DNA of 64,000 nucleotides, from the NCBI GenBank assembly GCA_019828565.1, contig JAHDYR010000007.1, positions 791,333 to 855,332 of the forward strand. The letters are read 5' to 3'. The DNA comes from Carpediemonas membranifera BICM. Lineage: Eukaryota; Protista; Fornicata. The notes beneath the pieces are model-generated. The model saw only the letters and a program-made list of their open reading frames with translations. It was not told where the DNA came from and did no database searches. Position numbers and translations under genes: made by a program. Positions 60,781-64,000 of this stretch are shown here, piece after piece (within the stretch, counting starts at the first letter, position 1; every line of letters begins with the position of its first letter).

Positions 60781-63700
60781 ATGGACGTCCCCGATCCACC
60801 CGTTTCATTTGACTGCATTCCATCACCACCACATTCTGACTTTCCCGAGCCCTCTATGGCCCCTCCGCCACCGCCAATGATGGACATGCCAATTTCACCT
60901 CCAGAGATCGGAATTCCGCCACCAGCTCCACCATCAATGGGCGTTGCCCCATTGCCCGAGTTTGATCTTTCCATGGTAGCACCGCCCGTGGACGATTCAT
61001 TGCTCCCGCTTCCTGCCGCACCAGAAATCAGCCTTCCTCCGCCACCAGCCCCGGACCCGGCGTTCACAGACTGCTTCCCACCACCGCCACCGGTGTATGC
61101 TCTACCTCCGGTCGATTCTACGCCGCTACCCCCAACGGTACCGATCGCAGCACCACACACTGCGCCAATGCCTGAAGCGCCTCCGGCATTCCCCCCACCG
61201 AGCATCCCGCCATTCCCAGGCCCAACACCACCAGTGCCGGACCCATCCTTCGCCCCACCTCCAGCAGCTCCGGTGGAAGGCATCCCGCCCCCACCCCCCG
61301 CGGCCCTCCCAGACACACTCAAACCGGCAGAGGCAGGCGAGCTCCTTAGCGACCCACCCATGCCCCCAGGCCCAGACCTGGAGATCCCCGCCCCCCCAGT
61401 GGCACCGATGCCGCCCCCGGTCCCTTGTAATCCGCCGGTCACCGCGCCGCCAGCTCAGCCACCCACCCCGCAGCACATCCCAGAGCCAGAACCAGAGTTG
61501 GTCCAGCCACAGGCCCCTACAGGCAACCCCCTGGGCCTCACGGTGGACGAGACGAACCAGCTCCTCCTTGACCTGCAGCAGAAGCCCACAACGACCGTGG
61601 CTGACGTGTTTGACGGCGTGGGACTCGACGAGGGCCTCCAGATCTGGGTGATCGACGGTCTAGTCCCCCGTGAGATCCCCGAGACAGAACACGGTCTCCT
61701 CTACTCGTCCGATGCTTACATCGTGCTCTCGACCGTCGAGAGTGACAATGGGACCGACTACGAGCTCTTCCAGTGGGCCGGGAGGGACGCGACAATGGAT
61801 AAGACGGGGGCCGTGGCAGCTTGGACGGTCCAGATCGCATCATACCTCGCCGAGTTGTCAACAAGGTGTGTGCAAAGGCTGGAAGTCGACGGAGAGGAGA
61901 GCAACGAGTTTATCGCAATTTTAGGCGGCATCGAGCACCGCGAGGGCAGCTGCGCCACGAAGTCTGGCCTGAGGAAGCCTGTTGCTGAGGTGCCCAAGCT
62001 GTATCACGTTATCAAGACAGGTAAGGGTGTCAAGATCATATCTCGAGATCCGACCTGGACCTCCCTCCCATGTGTAGATATGCCCGAAGATTTGACTCAC
62101 TCAAACGGCTCACCCGTCCGCTTTGTAGACCACGGGCTTGTCTGGGACGAGAAGAAGCACGGCGACGTCGTCACCAAGTACGCCGGTGTCTTCATCCTGC
62201 AGCACGGCAAGTCCGTCTTCCTCTACACGCCCCCCGCCCCGCCGTGCCGGGCCGCGAAGACTGTGGAGCGAGCCCGGCAGATGGAGGTTGCTGCCACGAT
62301 CCAGGAGGACGTCCCCGGGGCCCGGCTGGTGGTCGTGGGTGAGACCGAGGAGGAGGATGCGCCGTTCTGGGCAGCACTGGGCGGCAAGCCGACGTGGGAC
62401 CGCCTCCAGCCCCTGATCTCCACGAAAAACGCAGCGAGGGCCGAGTTCTCCGAGTCCAACGGGGACTACTCCGAGGACGAGGGGGAGGCCTCGGACGACG
62501 GCCCTGACTCCACTCCAGAGTCGCCCGAGTTGGTCAGAGTCGACTTCTCCACCGGCCAGTTCGGGATCAAACGGGTTGACAAGGACCCCGCCGGCCACTA
62601 TACCAGGGCCATGCTCGCCCCCGACGGGGTCTACCTGCTGTTCACGGACCTCGAGCTCTTCGTGTGGACGGGGAACAAGGCCAGGGCCCTAGAGGTCTCG
62701 GGGGCGCTCCATGCGGCCACGGAGGTGCTCGGGCCTGAGCAGGGGCTGCACGTCGAGAGGGTGATCCCCTCAATCGAGCCCGTGACGTTCACTGCACACT
62801 TCCCAGGGTGGAGAAAGGTCCTGCTGCCGTCAGAGTATCGCGTAGTCGAGTCGAAGATCGCCCAATCGGTCCCGCAGATTAAGGTCGATACGAAGATGAT
62901 GCACACGCCGCCAGCAGCGCCCGAGCATCCAACGTCGCCGCCCGAGGGCATGATCCGGTGCTACCGCATCAGCGATTCCCTCGTCGAGGCCGTGGAGCCC
63001 GAGCTCTTCGGACACTTCTTCTCCAAGGACGTCATCGTCGTGTGTGTCGACAACACGCAGAAGCCCCTCGACGTACCCGACCGGTCCTTCCACATCTTCG
63101 TCTGGGTTGGCCGCGACGCCTCGCCCCTCCCGGTGCTGACGTACAAGCAGGTCCTGATGGGCAAGTTCGCGGCCCAGGTCGAGTCCACGGGCGGCGGGCG
63201 GCCCATGCACCACTGGGAGCGGATGGGGAGCGAGAGCGCCGAGTTCAAGCACCTCTTCGCCTCTACGATGGTTGTCCACAGCGGAGGTAAGTCGACCCTC
63301 TTCATCGACCACACGCCAGCCCCACCCACGCCCTGCCGCCTGTACCAGGTCGGCGGCTGGCCGTACGCTGCCCCGTGTGCAAGAGAGGTCGCCGCGAAGT
63401 TTACCTCGTTGAACTCCCGGGATTGTTTCCTGATTGTTGTCACGCATGATAATCCAGCCAGACCGGCCGCGGTTGAGACCGAAAGCAAGACAGTCATCGT
63501 ACTGTGGCGCGGCAAGTTCGCCCCCGCGGCCCTGGCCAACGCAGCTTTCGACCTCGCCGAGATGTTTATAAGAGACGATGATCTCAACTCCACCGCCGAG
63601 TCGGACGACGACTCTGCCAAAGTCATCACCGAGAACGAAGGCGAGGAGGGCCCGATCACCGTCCAGGCTCTCTCCAGCCCGGACCAGAAGCCGCTGTGGG

Positions 63701-64000
63701 CCCAGCTCTACCCCTCGCCCGCGAACGGCGGCGTGGTTGCACTGGAGAGAGACACGGCCAGTGTGGTGGTTGAATTTGACAAGGCGCTCAAGGATGGCGG
63801 GTTTGATCATTTGATGAGGGATGATTTACGCGAGGTTATGTACCGAGCCGACAAGTTTGAGGAGATGCGGAAGACCAAGAGCTACCCGACCCTCGCCCAG
63901 AATGCCGGTGAGGCCTTTATCCCGCGTCTATTCCGGCTGTCCGCAATATCCGGTTGCTTCGACTATGACCGGATCATCCCCATCCAGCAAGTCCACCTCG
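60781..64000 (+). CDS. Villin/gelsolin-family protein with polyproline N-terminus (3' partial, missing from the ORF track)
   Basis: Frame from ATG 60781 appears open to the edge. GLQIWVID...LYSSDAYIVL, LFQWAG, LFVWTG, IFVWVG and PRLFRLS gelsolin-repeat motifs. Confidence 0.88.
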   Translation, partial: MDVPDPPVSFDCIPSPPHSDFPEPSMAPPPPPMMDMPISPPEIGIPPPAPPSMGVAPLPEFDLSMVAPPVDDSLLPLPAAPEISLPPPPAPDPAFTDCFPPPPPVYALPPVDSTPLPPTVPIAAPHTAPMPEAPPAFPPPSIPPFPGPTPPVPDPSFAPPPAAPVEGIPPPPPAALPDTLKPAEAGELLSDPPMPPGPDLEIPAPPVAPMPPPVPCNPPVTAPPAQPPTPQHIPEPEPELVQPQAPTGNPLGLTVDETNQLLLDLQQKPTTTVADVFDGVGLDEGLQIWVIDGLVPREIPETEHGLLYSSDAYIVLSTVESDNGTDYELFQWAGRDATMDKTGAVAAWTVQIASYLAELSTRCVQRLEVDGEESNEFIAILGGIEHREGSCATKSGLRKPVAEVPKLYHVIKTGKGVKIISRDPTWTSLPCVDMPEDLTHSNGSPVRFVDHGLVWDEKKHGDVVTKYAGVFILQHGKSVFLYTPPAPPCRAAKTVERARQMEVAATIQEDVPGARLVVVGETEEEDAPFWAALGGKPTWDRLQPLISTKNAARAEFSESNGDYSEDEGEASDDGPDSTPESPELVRVDFSTGQFGIKRVDKDPAGHYTRAMLAPDGVYLLFTDLELFVWTGNKARALEVSGALHAATEVLGPEQGLHVERVIPSIEPVTFTAHFPGWRKVLLPSEYRVVESKIAQSVPQIKVDTKMMHTPPAAPEHPTSPPEGMIRCYRISDSLVEAVEPELFGHFFSKDVIVVCVDNTQKPLDVPDRSFHIFVWVGRDASPLPVLTYKQVLMGKFAAQVESTGGGRPMHHWERMGSESAEFKHLFASTMVVHSGGKSTLFIDHTPAPPTPCRLYQVGGWPYAAPCAREVAAKFTSLNSRDCFLIVVTHDNPARPAAVETESKTVIVLWRGKFAPAALANAAFDLAEMFIRDDDLNSTAESDDDSAKVITENEGEEGPITVQALSSPDQKPLWAQLYPSPANGGVVALERDTASVVVEFDKALKDGGFDHLMRDDLREVMYRADKFEEMRKTKSYPTLAQNAGEAFIPRLFRLSAISGCFDYDRIIPIQQVHL

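Noticed and set aside
1-64000. tRNA, rRNA, snRNA, CRISPR arrays, prokaryotic operons
   Set aside because: None recognised. GTTCGA hits fall inside CDS or lack a cloverleaf, and introns plus eukaryote-specific genes exclude a prokaryotic origin. Divergent ncRNAs could be missed without covariance searches.

Overview
Gene-dense, GC-rich eukaryotic DNA, not prokaryotic. It has about 40 protein-coding genes, short intergenic spacers and seven ultra-short (28-38 nt) spliceosomal introns (GT[A/T]TGT ... branch point fused to CAG). These traits, a two-domain WRKY factor and several bacterial/archaeal-type metabolic enzymes suggest a compact free-living metamonad (Fornicata, Carpediemonas-like); that identification is an inference. 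Recognisable genes: two SDRs, class-3 lipase, ARM/coiled-coil protein, Siw14-type phosphatase, MROH-like HEAT protein, WRKY, CK1/TTBK-like pseudokinase, CaMK, Med6, a putative multi-LOTUS membrane protein, DEAD-box helicase, Aurora, Vps25, SRP14, homeobox, Arf-like GTPase, HAD phosphatase, ceramide synthase, spastin, cyclin, ARID-LRR, TPR, DPM2, glycerate kinase, ankyrin protein, Clf1/CRNKL1, Fe-ADH (two copies), TBCE-like and a villin/gelsolin protein running off the right end. Main unexplained structure: (1) a 3.4-kb patchwork (57035-60433) of four copied segments from two nearby loci, with mutations clustered at the junctions; (2) an exact 10-mer GCAGTTTATG seen seven times, always intergenic; (3) GATC clusters in promoters and an NGTAAA motif just after stop codons; (4) several copies or remnants of an RCC1-like gene family, one of which truncates an aldo-keto reductase. 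Starts were moved from the GTG/TTG starts of the ORF track to plausible ATGs. All domain calls are by motif recognition, not database search.
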